Shown here: piece by piece, positions 1 through 9,122 of the stretch
Position numbering within the stretch: position 1 is the first letter of the stretch
Layout of the letters: each line of letters begins with the position of its first letter
Translations under genes and position numbers: made by a program
Assembly: GCA_963781585.1 (NCBI GenBank)
Contig: CAWAGQ010000011.1
Coordinates: 380,480 to 444,479, forward strand
Direction of reading: 5' to 3'
Origin: an uncultured Gemmatimonadaceae bacterium
Lineage (GTDB): Bacteria > Gemmatimonadota > Gemmatimonadetes > Gemmatimonadales > Gemmatimonadaceae
DNA length: 64,000 nucleotides
Notes under the pieces: generated by a model
The model's input: the letters and a program-made list of their open reading frames with translations, nothing else
The model's database searches: none
What the model was told of the DNA's origin: nothing

Positions 1-495
1 GTATCGAGCGTGATCCAGCAGCTGCGCGGGGCCTTCAACTACAGCGTGGTCGATTGCGAGACCCAGATGAGCGACCGCACGCTGGCGGCGCTCGACGCAT
101 CGGACCGGATCATCCTCATCACCGAGCTGAAGGTCCCGGCCATGCGCGCGGCGCAGCGGACGCTGGGGCTCTTCCGGCGGCTCGGCTACCCCAACGAGAA
201 GCTGTGCGTGGTGGTGAACCGGTATCAGTCGGGCGATGTGGTCTCGGCGGCGGAAGCCGCCGACGTCCTCAAGACCGACCTGTTCTTCAAGCTGCCTAAC
301 GACTACCGGACGGCCTCGGAGTCGGCCACCGCCGGCGTCCCGATCGCCAAGAGCCACCCCGAGTCGAAGCTCGCCTGGGGATTCCTGCAACTGGCCCAGA
401 AGCTGGGTGGCGGAGCGCTCGCCAGCGCCGACCGCGCCGGGACCAACGGGTCGCGCAAGGCCATTCGCAGTCTGTTCACGCGAAAGAGGAGTTGA
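1..495 (+). CDS. cpaE: Tad pilus assembly ATPase CpaE/TadZ (MinD/ParA-like), 5' end outside window
   Basis: ParA/MinD-like C-terminal motifs ([26 protein letters not shown]); directly upstream of a CpaF/TadA ATPase. Confidence 0.8.
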   Translation, partial: VSSVIQQLRGAFNYSVVDCETQMSDRTLAALDASDRIILITELKVPAMRAAQRTLGLFRRLGYPNEKLCVVVNRYQSGDVVSAAEAADVLKTDLFFKLPNDYRTASESATAGVPIAKSHPESKLAWGFLQLAQKLGGGALASADRAGTNGSRKAIRSLFTRKRS

Positions 496-497
496 CG

Positions 498-1910
498 ATG
501 TCGCTCGTGGATCGCCTGACCGGTCGAAGGACCCCTGCCGCGAACAAGGCGGTGGCCGACGTCATCGAGCCCGATGTCGCCGAAGCCGCAACCCCGCCCG
601 CCGAGGGCGTTCGTGGCTCGAACCTGTTCTCGCGAGCCATCGAACAGGACGTCCTGAGCCCGATCGACCAGCTCAAGGTGGACATACACCACCGCCTCAT
701 CACCCGTCTGGACCTGGAGGCGCTGGAGCAGATCAAGGACGAGGGCGAGATCACGGCGCAGATCCGGCTGGCGGTGAGCGAGTTCCTGCGCACGGAGTCA
801 ACTCCGCTGTCCCAGGCCGAGCGCGAGGAAATCGTCGAGCACATCGTCTGGGAGATCACCGGCCTCGGCCCCATCGAGCCGTTCTTCCGCGATCCCAGCA
901 TCACCGACATCCTGGTCAACAACGCCCACAACATCTTCATCGAGCGCAAGGGAAAGCTGCGCCGCGTGCACGCGCAGTTCCGCAACGACGCCCACCTGAT
1001 GGCGGTCATCGACCGCATCGTGAGCCGGGTGGGACGGCGCGTCGACGAGTCGTCACCGATGGTGGACGCGCGCCTCCCCGATGGCTCGCGCGTCAACGCC
1101 ATCATCCCGCCGCTGGCCCTCGACGGTCCGGTCCTGTCGATCCGGCGATTCGGCGCCGACCTCTCGGTCCAGCAGCTCCTCGAAAACGGGAGCATGACGG
1201 CGGACATGTTCAAGGTGACGTCGGGGTGTGTGAAGGCGCGACTCAACGTCCTGATCTCGGGTGGAACGGGCTCGGGCAAGACCACCATGCTCAACGCCCT
1301 CAGCTCTTTCATTCCGTCAGACGAACGCCTCATCACAATCGAGGACGCAGCGGAGCTCAAGATGCAGCAGGAGCACGTGGTGCGCCTGGAGACGAGGCCA
1401 CCCAACTCGGAGGGACGGGGCGAGGTCATCGCCCGCGACCTGGTCAAGAACGCGTTGCGCATGCGTCCCGACCGGATCATCGTCGGAGAGGTTCGAGGCG
1501 CCGAAGCCCTCGACATGCTCCAGGCCATGAACACCGGCCACGAAGGGTCGTTGAGCACCATCCACGCCAACTCGCCTCGCGACGCGCTGTCGCGTCTGGA
1601 GACGATGATCCTGATGGCCGGCACGAACCTGCCCAACCGCGCCATGCGCGAGCAGATCGCCTCGGCGCTGGACGTGATCATCCAGGTGCAGCGTCTGGCC
1701 GACGGTACACGCCGCGTCGTCAGCATCACCGAGGTCACGGGCATGGAAGGCGAGATCGTGACCACCCAGGAGATCTTCCGGTTCCGCCGGAAAGGCGTGA
1801 ATCCCGACGGCAGGATCGTGGGAGCGTTCGAGCCGAGCGGAATCCGTCCCCTCTTCACCGACAGGCTCCGGATCTCCGGCGTAGATCTGCCCACCGGTCT
1901 TTTCGACTAG
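498..1910 (+). CDS. tadA: Tad pilus secretion ATPase CpaF/TadA
   Basis: Walker [50 protein letters not shown] upstream. Confidence 0.95.
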   Translation: MSLVDRLTGRRTPAANKAVADVIEPDVAEAATPPAEGVRGSNLFSRAIEQDVLSPIDQLKVDIHHRLITRLDLEALEQIKDEGEITAQIRLAVSEFLRTESTPLSQAEREEIVEHIVWEITGLGPIEPFFRDPSITDILVNNAHNIFIERKGKLRRVHAQFRNDAHLMAVIDRIVSRVGRRVDESSPMVDARLPDGSRVNAIIPPLALDGPVLSIRRFGADLSVQQLLENGSMTADMFKVTSGCVKARLNVLISGGTGSGKTTMLNALSSFIPSDERLITIEDAAELKMQQEHVVRLETRPPNSEGRGEVIARDLVKNALRMRPDRIIVGEVRGAEALDMLQAMNTGHEGSLSTIHANSPRDALSRLETMILMAGTNLPNRAMREQIASALDVIIQVQRLADGTRRVVSITEVTGMEGEIVTTQEIFRFRRKGVNPDGRIVGAFEPSGIRPLFTDRLRISGVDLPTGLFD

Positions 1911-1916
1911 CAGCGC

Positions 1917-2876
1917 ATGCAGCTTCTGATTCTCGCCCTCGTCTTCCTCGGCACCGTCGGCCTGCTGGTCGGCGGCTACGTGTTCGTCAACCGCAGATCT
2001 CTGGCGGCCAGCGAAGCGGCGCTGGAGCGCCTGCGCGATATCGAGCACGCGCCGCAGTCGGCGCGAAGCATCCTCCGCGACACGAGCGCCAGCAACGTTC
2101 CAATGCTCGATCGCCTGCTCGCGGGCCGCGGGATGACCGATGTCATGACGCGCCGATTGCTCCGCGCCGGACTCACCATGACCCCGGGGAGCTTCCTGCT
2201 GCGCGCGGCACTCAGTGTGGTTTCAGGGCTCCTGGTCGGACGGTACATCTCGTCGAGTACAGTGACGGTGCTCATGGGTGGGATCGTCGGTGCTGGGCTG
2301 CCCTTCGCCTGGTTACGAATGAAGCAAGGCAAACGCTTGCGGTCGTTCCAGGACCAGCTTCCCGATGCCATCGACATGATGGTGAGCGCCATGAAGTCGG
2401 GGTACTCGTTCCAGGCGGCGATGAAGTTCATCGGCGAGGAAGTGCCGGACCCGCTCGGTCCCGAGTTTGCGCGCTTCTACGAAGAGCAGCGGTTGGGGAT
2501 GGAAGTGCGCACGGCACTCCTGGAGCTCCAGGAACGCATCGACAGCCTCGACCTGCGAATGCTGGTCACCGCCATCCTCATCCAGCGCGAGACCGGCGGC
2601 AACCTGGGCGAAGTACTCGAGAAGATCAGCACCCTGATGCGGTCGCGGATGGCGCTCAAGGGTGAGATCCAGACACTGACCGCCGAATCGAAGCTCTCGG
2701 CCAGGATCCTGGGCGCGCTCCCGTTCATCGTTTTCGGTGCGGTCAGCATACTCAACCCCGGATTTCTGAAACCGCTGCTGCAGACGTCCTTCGGGCCGTG
2801 GCTGCTGCTCGGTGCCACCCTTTCGGTGGCGTTCGGTTACTGGGTCATGATGAAGATCGCCGACATCGATATCTAG
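1917..2876 (+). CDS. tadB: Tad inner-membrane platform protein TadB (T2SSF family)
   Basis: QLPDAIDMM and IQRETGGNLGEVL motifs, TM pattern, follows tadA. Confidence 0.9.
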   Translation: MQLLILALVFLGTVGLLVGGYVFVNRRSLAASEAALERLRDIEHAPQSARSILRDTSASNVPMLDRLLAGRGMTDVMTRRLLRAGLTMTPGSFLLRAALSVVSGLLVGRYISSSTVTVLMGGIVGAGLPFAWLRMKQGKRLRSFQDQLPDAIDMMVSAMKSGYSFQAAMKFIGEEVPDPLGPEFARFYEEQRLGMEVRTALLELQERIDSLDLRMLVTAILIQRETGGNLGEVLEKISTLMRSRMALKGEIQTLTAESKLSARILGALPFIVFGAVSILNPGFLKPLLQTSFGPWLLLGATLSVAFGYWVMMKIADIDI

Positions 2877-2885
2877 GCAGATGGA

Positions 2886-3791
2886 ATGAGCCCACTCCTG
2901 ATTGCTCTGCTCGCGTTTGGCGCCGTCGCCATCATCGTGGCGGGTGCAGCGCTCTACTCGATGCTCCAGCGGCGCGAGCTGCTCCGGCGAGCGACGGAGG
3001 AGATGGATTTCGATACGGCAACGCGGTTGTTGCGGCCGGAGGAGGGTGGGGGCGGGAAGCTGCGGGCGCGGCTGGAGGCAATGGCAAAGCAGCGCGCCAC
3101 CGATGCCGAGATGCAATCGAAGCTCGTGCAGGCGGGATTCGATTCCACCACCGCGCCGGCGGTCTTCTTCCTGTCGCGCATCGGATCGTTCGTCCTGATA
3201 CCTGTCGTTGCGTTCGTCTTGGTTCCCCGGCGCGAATACGTGCTGCTGATCATGACGATGGCCGTGGCGGTGTTCTTCGGGCTCATCCTGCCGGTGGCGC
3301 TGCTTGACCGGTTCGTCCGGCTCCGGCAGGAGCGGATCAGGCGGTCCGTCCCCGATGCCCTGGACCTCCTGGTGGTGTGCGTGGAAGCGGGAATCTCGCT
3401 GGATGCGGCCATTCTGCGGGTGGCCCGGGAGATCCGGCTGGTACACCCGGAGCTGGCGCACGAGCTGGCGGTGGTGAACCGCGTGACCAATGCGGGCATC
3501 CCGAGGGAGGAGGCGTTGCGCGGGCTCTGGCAGCGGACCGGGGTAGTCGACCTTCGCGCGCTGGTATCGAGCATGATCCAGAGCGAGCGATGGGGGACGA
3601 GCATCGCCACGGTACTGAGGGTTGCGGGGGAAACGCTACGCCGGAAACGGCGCCAGCTGGCCGAACGGAAGGCGAAGATGGCCGCCCTCAAGATGACCTT
3701 CCCCTTGCTCCTCTTCATTCTCCCCGCCCTATTTGTGGTGATCCTGGGACCGGCTGTGGTAAGTATTGTGCAGGAATTCAGGAAGATCTGA
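2886..3791 (+). CDS. tadC: Tad inner-membrane platform protein TadC (T2SSF family)
   Basis: VPDALDLLVVCVEAG, QSERWGTSI, KMTFPLLLFILP motifs. Confidence 0.9.
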   Translation: MSPLLIALLAFGAVAIIVAGAALYSMLQRRELLRRATEEMDFDTATRLLRPEEGGGGKLRARLEAMAKQRATDAEMQSKLVQAGFDSTTAPAVFFLSRIGSFVLIPVVAFVLVPRREYVLLIMTMAVAVFFGLILPVALLDRFVRLRQERIRRSVPDALDLLVVCVEAGISLDAAILRVAREIRLVHPELAHELAVVNRVTNAGIPREEALRGLWQRTGVVDLRALVSSMIQSERWGTSIATVLRVAGETLRRKRRQLAERKAKMAALKMTFPLLLFILPALFVVILGPAVVSIVQEFRKI

Positions 3792-3865
3792 CCGGCGGGC
3801 GACGACTGTGAAACGCCTTCTCGCGCGTTTCATTTTCCACCGAGCGAGAAGCGGGAGGAGGAGCA

Positions 3866-5084
3866 ATGCCAGGAGGAATGCGGTCGCGCCGTGGCGCCAT
3901 CGTCGTGATGGTTGGCGTGATGTTCATGGCCATCGTCGCCATTTCGGCGATCGCCATCGATTTCAGCAGGCTGTGGAGCGTCAGAAACGAGCTCGAAGAC
4001 GTCCGCCGACGCGGCGGCGCTTGCGGGCGCCATCCAGTTCATTCAGCCCCGCCTGAAGTCCAAGGCCGATTCGTTCGCGCGCGCCTACGCGAGGCAGAAT
4101 CTGGTCATGGCAGGTACCGACTCTGTCGAGCAGGTGATCATCGGCAAGTGGGACGACAACACCGCCACCTTTACTCCGGGCGCACCGGATTCGACGGCGA
4201 TCCATGTAGTGGTTAGCCGCCAGTCGTCCGGGCTGATCATGAACGCCTTTGGAGTGCCGAGTCCGCGGATGCGCGCGAGCGCCATTGCGTGGGCGGATGC
4301 GCCAGTGGCGACCACCTCGTGCATCAAGCCGTGGGCGGTCCCCTTCGTGACGTTGATGTACCGGGTGAATGTGTATCGCAACGCGCACGAGTCGCCGTCT
4401 CCATTCGTACCGCCGGACTCGTGGGGGAACCTCACGAGGCCGTTCGATCAGACCAACGACATTGCTGCACTCAACAGCATGACGGTTGCGGAACGGACTT
4501 TCGATCTCAAGTTGGGCTCTGGCGGGGCGTTCAACGACTCGGTTACACAGGCGATGCCGGGGAACTACCAGGCGGTCGAGCTGCCCAAGTTGTGGGACGT
4601 AGCCACCCGGACGTATCCCACACCGGGACCGCAGAGCGGAGCGCAGGCGTACGAGGACAACGTGTCGGGCGCCACCTGCTACGGCTTGTCAGTTGGCGAC
4701 TCACTGACGACCGAGCCGGGGAACAAAGTAGGGCCCACCGTCAAGGGCGTGACCGCTGGGCCCTGTCCGACGTTGCGCGGCTCCACCGACAACACTTCCC
4801 AGAGTTCCTCCGCATTCGGGGACTGTCTGGACGCGAACGGCCTGCCCCCGGACATCAAGGCCGCGTTCTACTACTGCAGCTCGGGGTGCAACGGAAAGTC
4901 CACCGTGTCGGTCAACCTGCTGGGGTCATTCACGCTGACAAAGGTGTTCCCTGAGAACTCCAAGAAGTCGGCCTACCGGCAGTTCGACAAGGCGGAGATC
5001 ATGGGGATCTACAACCCGATTCAGGACTCCGGTCCTGTCGGTGGCGCGAGCACGACGCTGCAGCGCCCCATTTTGGTGAGGTGA
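3866..5084 (+). pseudogene. TadG-like minor pilin/adhesin with a single +1 frameshift at ~3995-3998 (real or assembly error)
   Basis: Prepilin-like RRGAIVVMV start; removing one base after GAGCTCGAA gives TSADAAALAGAIQF (Tad N-terminal signature) in frame with ORF 4107..5084. Confidence 0.8.
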
Positions 5085-5111
5085 GGTCGCCCGGGAAGCG
5101 GGTTGGTCAGA

Positions 5112-5153
5112 GAGGCCGGTGAGGCTTGACGCTTCACCGGCCTCGGTCATTTT
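5112..5153 (+). terminator. Intrinsic terminator-like hairpin ending the tad operon
   Basis: GAGGCCGGTGAGGC-ttgac-GCTTCACCGGCCTC 14-bp stem (one G-U) followed by GGTCATTTT. Confidence 0.65.
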
Positions 5154-5233
5154 GTCCTTTCATCGTCGGTCGACACATTGCTCTCCGTCGGCCATTCCAG
5201 TGTTGGCGGTCGGACGTAGGCACAGGCATTGCC

Positions 5234-5239
5234 TATAAT
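5234..5239 (+). promoter_or_regulatory. Perfect -10 box, probable leaderless promoter for the TPR gene
   Basis: TATAAT 6 nt upstream of GTG 5246 in very GC-rich DNA; no good -35. Confidence 0.45.
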
Positions 5240-5245
5240 TAGGTC

Positions 5246-6838
5246 GTGTTGATAGCCCCTAGAAATCTCGCGGCGGCCATCGCGGGCTCGGCGCTGCTGT
5301 GCGGCTCGGTGCAGGCCCAGATTCCGAGACTCGCCCCCCCGCCACCGTGCCGGATTCCGGCAGCGGCCTCGTCGCCCGTGGCGTCGCTCCAGGGCGGCCT
5401 GCTTGGCCGCACATCGGGCGGCATGTCGGTGGCGATCCTCCCGTTCGACCAGGACATCGCCGAGGCGGAGAGGCTGCACGTACCGTGGGCGCTGGGGCAG
5501 CGCGTGACCGCTGAGCTGGCGCGGAACGGTCGCCTGCGCCTTCTGTCGCAGGAAAGCGTCTCGCGCGCCGTGACCCAGTCCGGCGGTATGCGCGACTCTA
5601 CCCTGCGTCTGCTCAAGTCGGAGTATGTCCTCACCGGACGGATTTCACAGGAGAAGGGGCGCCAGGATGTGGACGTGGCGCTGTTTCGGTCGGGACAGAC
5701 CGCACCGGTCTGGCGCGCCACCTTCGGTACGTCCTGGACGCTCCAGGCGATGGTAAACGCCATCGCTGGGGGCGTTGAGAAGACGGTCCTGGGTAATGTG
5801 GAACAGTCGCGGACGTCGTTGAGGCCGCGAAATGCCGAAGCGTATGACGCCGTTGCGGCAGGAGACTTCGCGCTGGAGTCCACGACGCTGGGCGGAGCGG
5901 ACTCGGCCCGGGCGGCATATGAGCGCGCGCTGCGACTCTCGCCAACGTCCGCGGTGGCGGCATCGCGACTGGCGCTGGCCCTGGTGGCCATCCTGGAACG
6001 GGGAGGGCAGGTACCCGGGTCCAGCAGCCTGGCCCTGACGAACCGGGTGGACGCTCTCGTTACTCAAGCGCTGGCCGCGGATTCGACGTGGGGGCAGGCG
6101 TGGACCGTACGGGCGATGCTGGCTCGGTTGCGCGACCCGGTGCATTTCGAGGGGGCCGTGGCGGCGCACGCGCGCGCCATTGCTCTCTCGCGCGACGATG
6201 CCGAGGCCGAGTACGAGTACGGGGCGACGCTGATGCGGCTTGGGGAGGATCGGGCGGCGGAAGCGCATTTCCACCGGGCGCTGGCGCTGGAGCCCAACGA
6301 CGCGGCGGCACTCGCTGCGCTGAGTGAGCTGGCGCTGCGTCAGAATCGGTGGGTCGAGGGCTGCGCATTCGCGAATGCCAGTATCGAGGCTTGGCCCTTC
6401 GACCCGGTGCCGTACGCGGCGCGGGCGCGTGCGCGCCTGCACCTCTCGCAGGCGCGTGACGCGTATTCCGACGCCGAGACAGCGGGGCGGCTCACGGGGG
6501 CGGCGTGGGTGGCGGCGCTGCACGTGCTCGTGGAGGTGGGGGCGGACGGGGTGGACCGGGCGCGGCCACCGGCGATGGCGCTGGTGGCACGGTGGCTCGG
6601 TCCGGGACGACAACTCACGCCGCGCGATGCGTCCTATCTGGCGATGGCATTCGTGTCCGTGAATGAGCCGCGGTACGCGGTGGAGGCGGTGCGACGCGTG
6701 CGGCCGCTGGGGGCCGATCTGGTCACCAACATGCGCGATTCGGCGCTGGCGTCAGTGCGCGGGGACACAACTGTGGTGCGGCTGCTGGGCGAGGCAAGGG
6801 GCGGACGGGGGAGCGGCGAGAACCTGCCGCGCAAGTAG
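5246..6838 (+). CDS. Secreted TPR protein with TolB-N/FlgO-like (VAILPF) domain
   Basis: Signal peptide ending VQA-Q; SVAILPF domain; repeated helical TPR motifs (AYERALRLSP, HFHRALALEP). Confidence 0.65.
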   Translation: MLIAPRNLAAAIAGSALLCGSVQAQIPRLAPPPPCRIPAAASSPVASLQGGLLGRTSGGMSVAILPFDQDIAEAERLHVPWALGQRVTAELARNGRLRLLSQESVSRAVTQSGGMRDSTLRLLKSEYVLTGRISQEKGRQDVDVALFRSGQTAPVWRATFGTSWTLQAMVNAIAGGVEKTVLGNVEQSRTSLRPRNAEAYDAVAAGDFALESTTLGGADSARAAYERALRLSPTSAVAASRLALALVAILERGGQVPGSSSLALTNRVDALVTQALAADSTWGQAWTVRAMLARLRDPVHFEGAVAAHARAIALSRDDAEAEYEYGATLMRLGEDRAAEAHFHRALALEPNDAAALAALSELALRQNRWVEGCAFANASIEAWPFDPVPYAARARARLHLSQARDAYSDAETAGRLTGAAWVAALHVLVEVGADGVDRARPPAMALVARWLGPGRQLTPRDASYLAMAFVSVNEPRYAVEAVRRVRPLGADLVTNMRDSALASVRGDTTVVRLLGEARGGRGSGENLPRK

Positions 6839-6881
6839 CCGGTCGCGGGCGACACGGAATCCGACGCGAAGCCTGAGACAA

Positions 6882-8135
6882 ATGACCACCCTTCCGCGGC
6901 TGATGCGCGAGGGTTCCCGTGACTCCGGGGACGAAGGCGGCGTTGTCGCGCCTCCCGCGATCGAGCTGAGCGTGGTGATGCCATGCCTCAACGAAGCGGA
7001 GACCATCGAGGTCTGTGTGCGCAAGGCGTTCGCCTCGCTGGAGCGCCTGGGGATCGCGGGTGAGGTCATCGTGGCCGACAATGGCAGCGCCGATGGATCG
7101 CGCGAGCTGGCGCGGGCACTCGGCGCGCGGGTCATCGACGTGGCGGTGCGCGGGTACGGGGCCGCGCTCCAGGAAGGCATTCGCGCGGCGCGTGGCGAGT
7201 ACATCATCATGGGCGACGCCGATGACAGCTATGACTTCGGCGAAATCCCGCGCATCTACGCGAAGCTCCGTGAGGGTTACGATCTGGTGCAGGGGTGCCG
7301 CCTGGAGAGTGGCGGGGGGCGCGTGATGCCGGGCGCGATGCCGTTCACCCACCGATGGTGGGGGAACCCCATGTTCTCATGGATGGCGCGCCAGTGGTTC
7401 GGTGCGCCGATTCACGACGTGTATTGCGGCCTGCGCGGATTTACCCGGCAGCACGTCGCGCGGCTGGACCTGCGATGCACAGGGATGGAGTACGCCACCG
7501 AGATGATCATCAAGTCCAGCCTCTTCGGCAGCCGGGTGGCGGAGGTGCCGATCACCCTTCACCAGGACGGTCGGAAGAGCCACGCACCGCACCTGCGCAC
7601 GTTCCGGGATGGATGGCGCACGCTGCGGTTCTTTCTGATGTACAGTCCGCGCTGGCTGTTCCTGCTGCCTGGGGCCGCGCTCATTCTGTTCGGAATCGTG
7701 GGCTATTTCCTGGCGCTTCCCGGAGTGAGGGTTCGAGGCCTGCACTTCGACGCGCACACGCTGCTGTTCGCCAGTCTCGCAATCATAGCTGGCCATCAGG
7801 CGATCACGTTTGCCGTCTTCGCCAAGGCATACGCCGTGAGCCAGGGACTCCTGCCAGTGGATGACCGTCTGAACTCGGCGATCCGCCGGATCACCTTGGA
7901 GCGCGGACTGGTGCTGGGTGCAGCGTGCGTCGCATCGGGCGCCGGGCTGCTGGCTGCGGCGGTGCTCCAATGGCGGGCCGCGGGCTTCGGCGCCCTGGAT
8001 TACAGCCACACGATGCGGTGGGTCATTCCGGGGGTAACCCTCTCGGTGCTCGGGCTTCAGACGGTGTTCTCGAGTTTCTTCCTGAGCATACTGGGGCTCG
8101 GCCTCGGCTATCCGGGCGCGTCGTCGAGAGGGTGA
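6882..8135 (+). CDS. GT2 polyprenyl-phosphate glycosyltransferase (DPM/DPG synthase-like) with C-terminal TM domain
   Basis: SVVMPCLNE, VADNGSADGS, GYGAAL, GDADDSYD, DVYCG, GMEYATEM; four C-terminal TM helices. Confidence 0.9.
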   Translation: MTTLPRLMREGSRDSGDEGGVVAPPAIELSVVMPCLNEAETIEVCVRKAFASLERLGIAGEVIVADNGSADGSRELARALGARVIDVAVRGYGAALQEGIRAARGEYIIMGDADDSYDFGEIPRIYAKLREGYDLVQGCRLESGGGRVMPGAMPFTHRWWGNPMFSWMARQWFGAPIHDVYCGLRGFTRQHVARLDLRCTGMEYATEMIIKSSLFGSRVAEVPITLHQDGRKSHAPHLRTFRDGWRTLRFFLMYSPRWLFLLPGAALILFGIVGYFLALPGVRVRGLHFDAHTLLFASLAIIAGHQAITFAVFAKAYAVSQGLLPVDDRLNSAIRRITLERGLVLGAACVASGAGLLAAAVLQWRAAGFGALDYSHTMRWVIPGVTLSVLGLQTVFSSFFLSILGLGLGYPGASSRG

Positions 8136-8224
8136 GCGTGCGTCAAGCGCCACGGTCGGCATCGCCAACCGACAGGCGAACACGCTCCTTTGTGCAAATG
8201 GAATTCCGACCTCGCCTCATTTCT

Positions 8225-8830
8225 CTAGGCGTTCTGCACATGCGTGAGGCGCGCGACGAAGTGCAGAGAGCGCTCGAAGATCCAGGAGGCAGGGCGCGGA
8301 TAGAGCCCCAGCGATCCCACCATCGCGTCCACGCGCAGTCCCGCCTCTTGCCACATCGCGTCCCATTCGGCGCGTGCGAAATAGTTGTATGGCAGCCGCA
8401 CGCCGAATCGTGCATTGCCAATCCAGTCCATGAAGCGAAGCGTAGGCACTGCCAGCATTCCTTTCCGCAAATGGTCCTTGATCACCACGGCGTCCGAGGC
8501 AACGCGGGACGCCTCCTGCAGCAGGCCGCGCGCATCTTCCGCGTGATGCAGTACGTCCACGAACATCACGACGTCAACCTCGCCGGTCTTGGCGGGGAGG
8601 CCATACCCGTCGAAGGGGCGCACATCGATATGAGTGGTTGGACGAACCAGCACGTCCACGCCTCGAACGCGGAGATCCGGGCGTCGATCGAGAAGCATCC
8701 GGTCGATCAGCCCATCTCCGGCACCGACGTCGAGCACCGATGCACCAGACGGAATCATGGAATCGAGCAGCTCAGCCAGTCGTCGCACGCGCGGGCGATG
8801 CACGAAGGTGTGATGTAATGATCCGAGCAT
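8225..8830 (-). CDS. Class I SAM-dependent methyltransferase
   Basis: VLDVGAGDG motif I, DVVMFVDVLHH; start moved to ATG 8830. Confidence 0.85.
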   Translation of the reverse strand: MLGSLHHTFVHRPRVRRLAELLDSMIPSGASVLDVGAGDGLIDRMLLDRRPDLRVRGVDVLVRPTTHIDVRPFDGYGLPAKTGEVDVVMFVDVLHHAEDARGLLQEASRVASDAVVIKDHLRKGMLAVPTLRFMDWIGNARFGVRLPYNYFARAEWDAMWQEAGLRVDAMVGSLGLYPRPASWIFERSLHFVARLTHVQNA

Positions 8831-9122
8831 ATCGATTGTTTCACTCCGCCATCGAGTTAGTGCCGAATCGCCCGCAAGAGAGCCGCGGGAACGCGCCAGC
8901 GGACAAGTACGGGTACTTGGGCCAGCGTTCTGACAGCGGGAATGTAGTGATCCTCCAACGGGAGCGCGTCGAGCAGGTCCGGAACTTGCCACCCTTGGCA
9001 TGGACGAGTAGTTGGCCGTCCATCGGCGCCTGCTCCCGTGAAATGATGCCTTGGTGCAGTGGAGCCGAGCTGTGGGGATAGACTGCGGCAGTGTCTGGAG
9101 ACGCTTGTAAGAATGAATCATC

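Noticed and set aside
236..2665. 809-aa ORF and many other long overlapping or antisense ORFs throughout the window
   Set aside because: Arg/Gly/Pro-rich shadow frames expected at high GC; they overlap genes with clear family motifs
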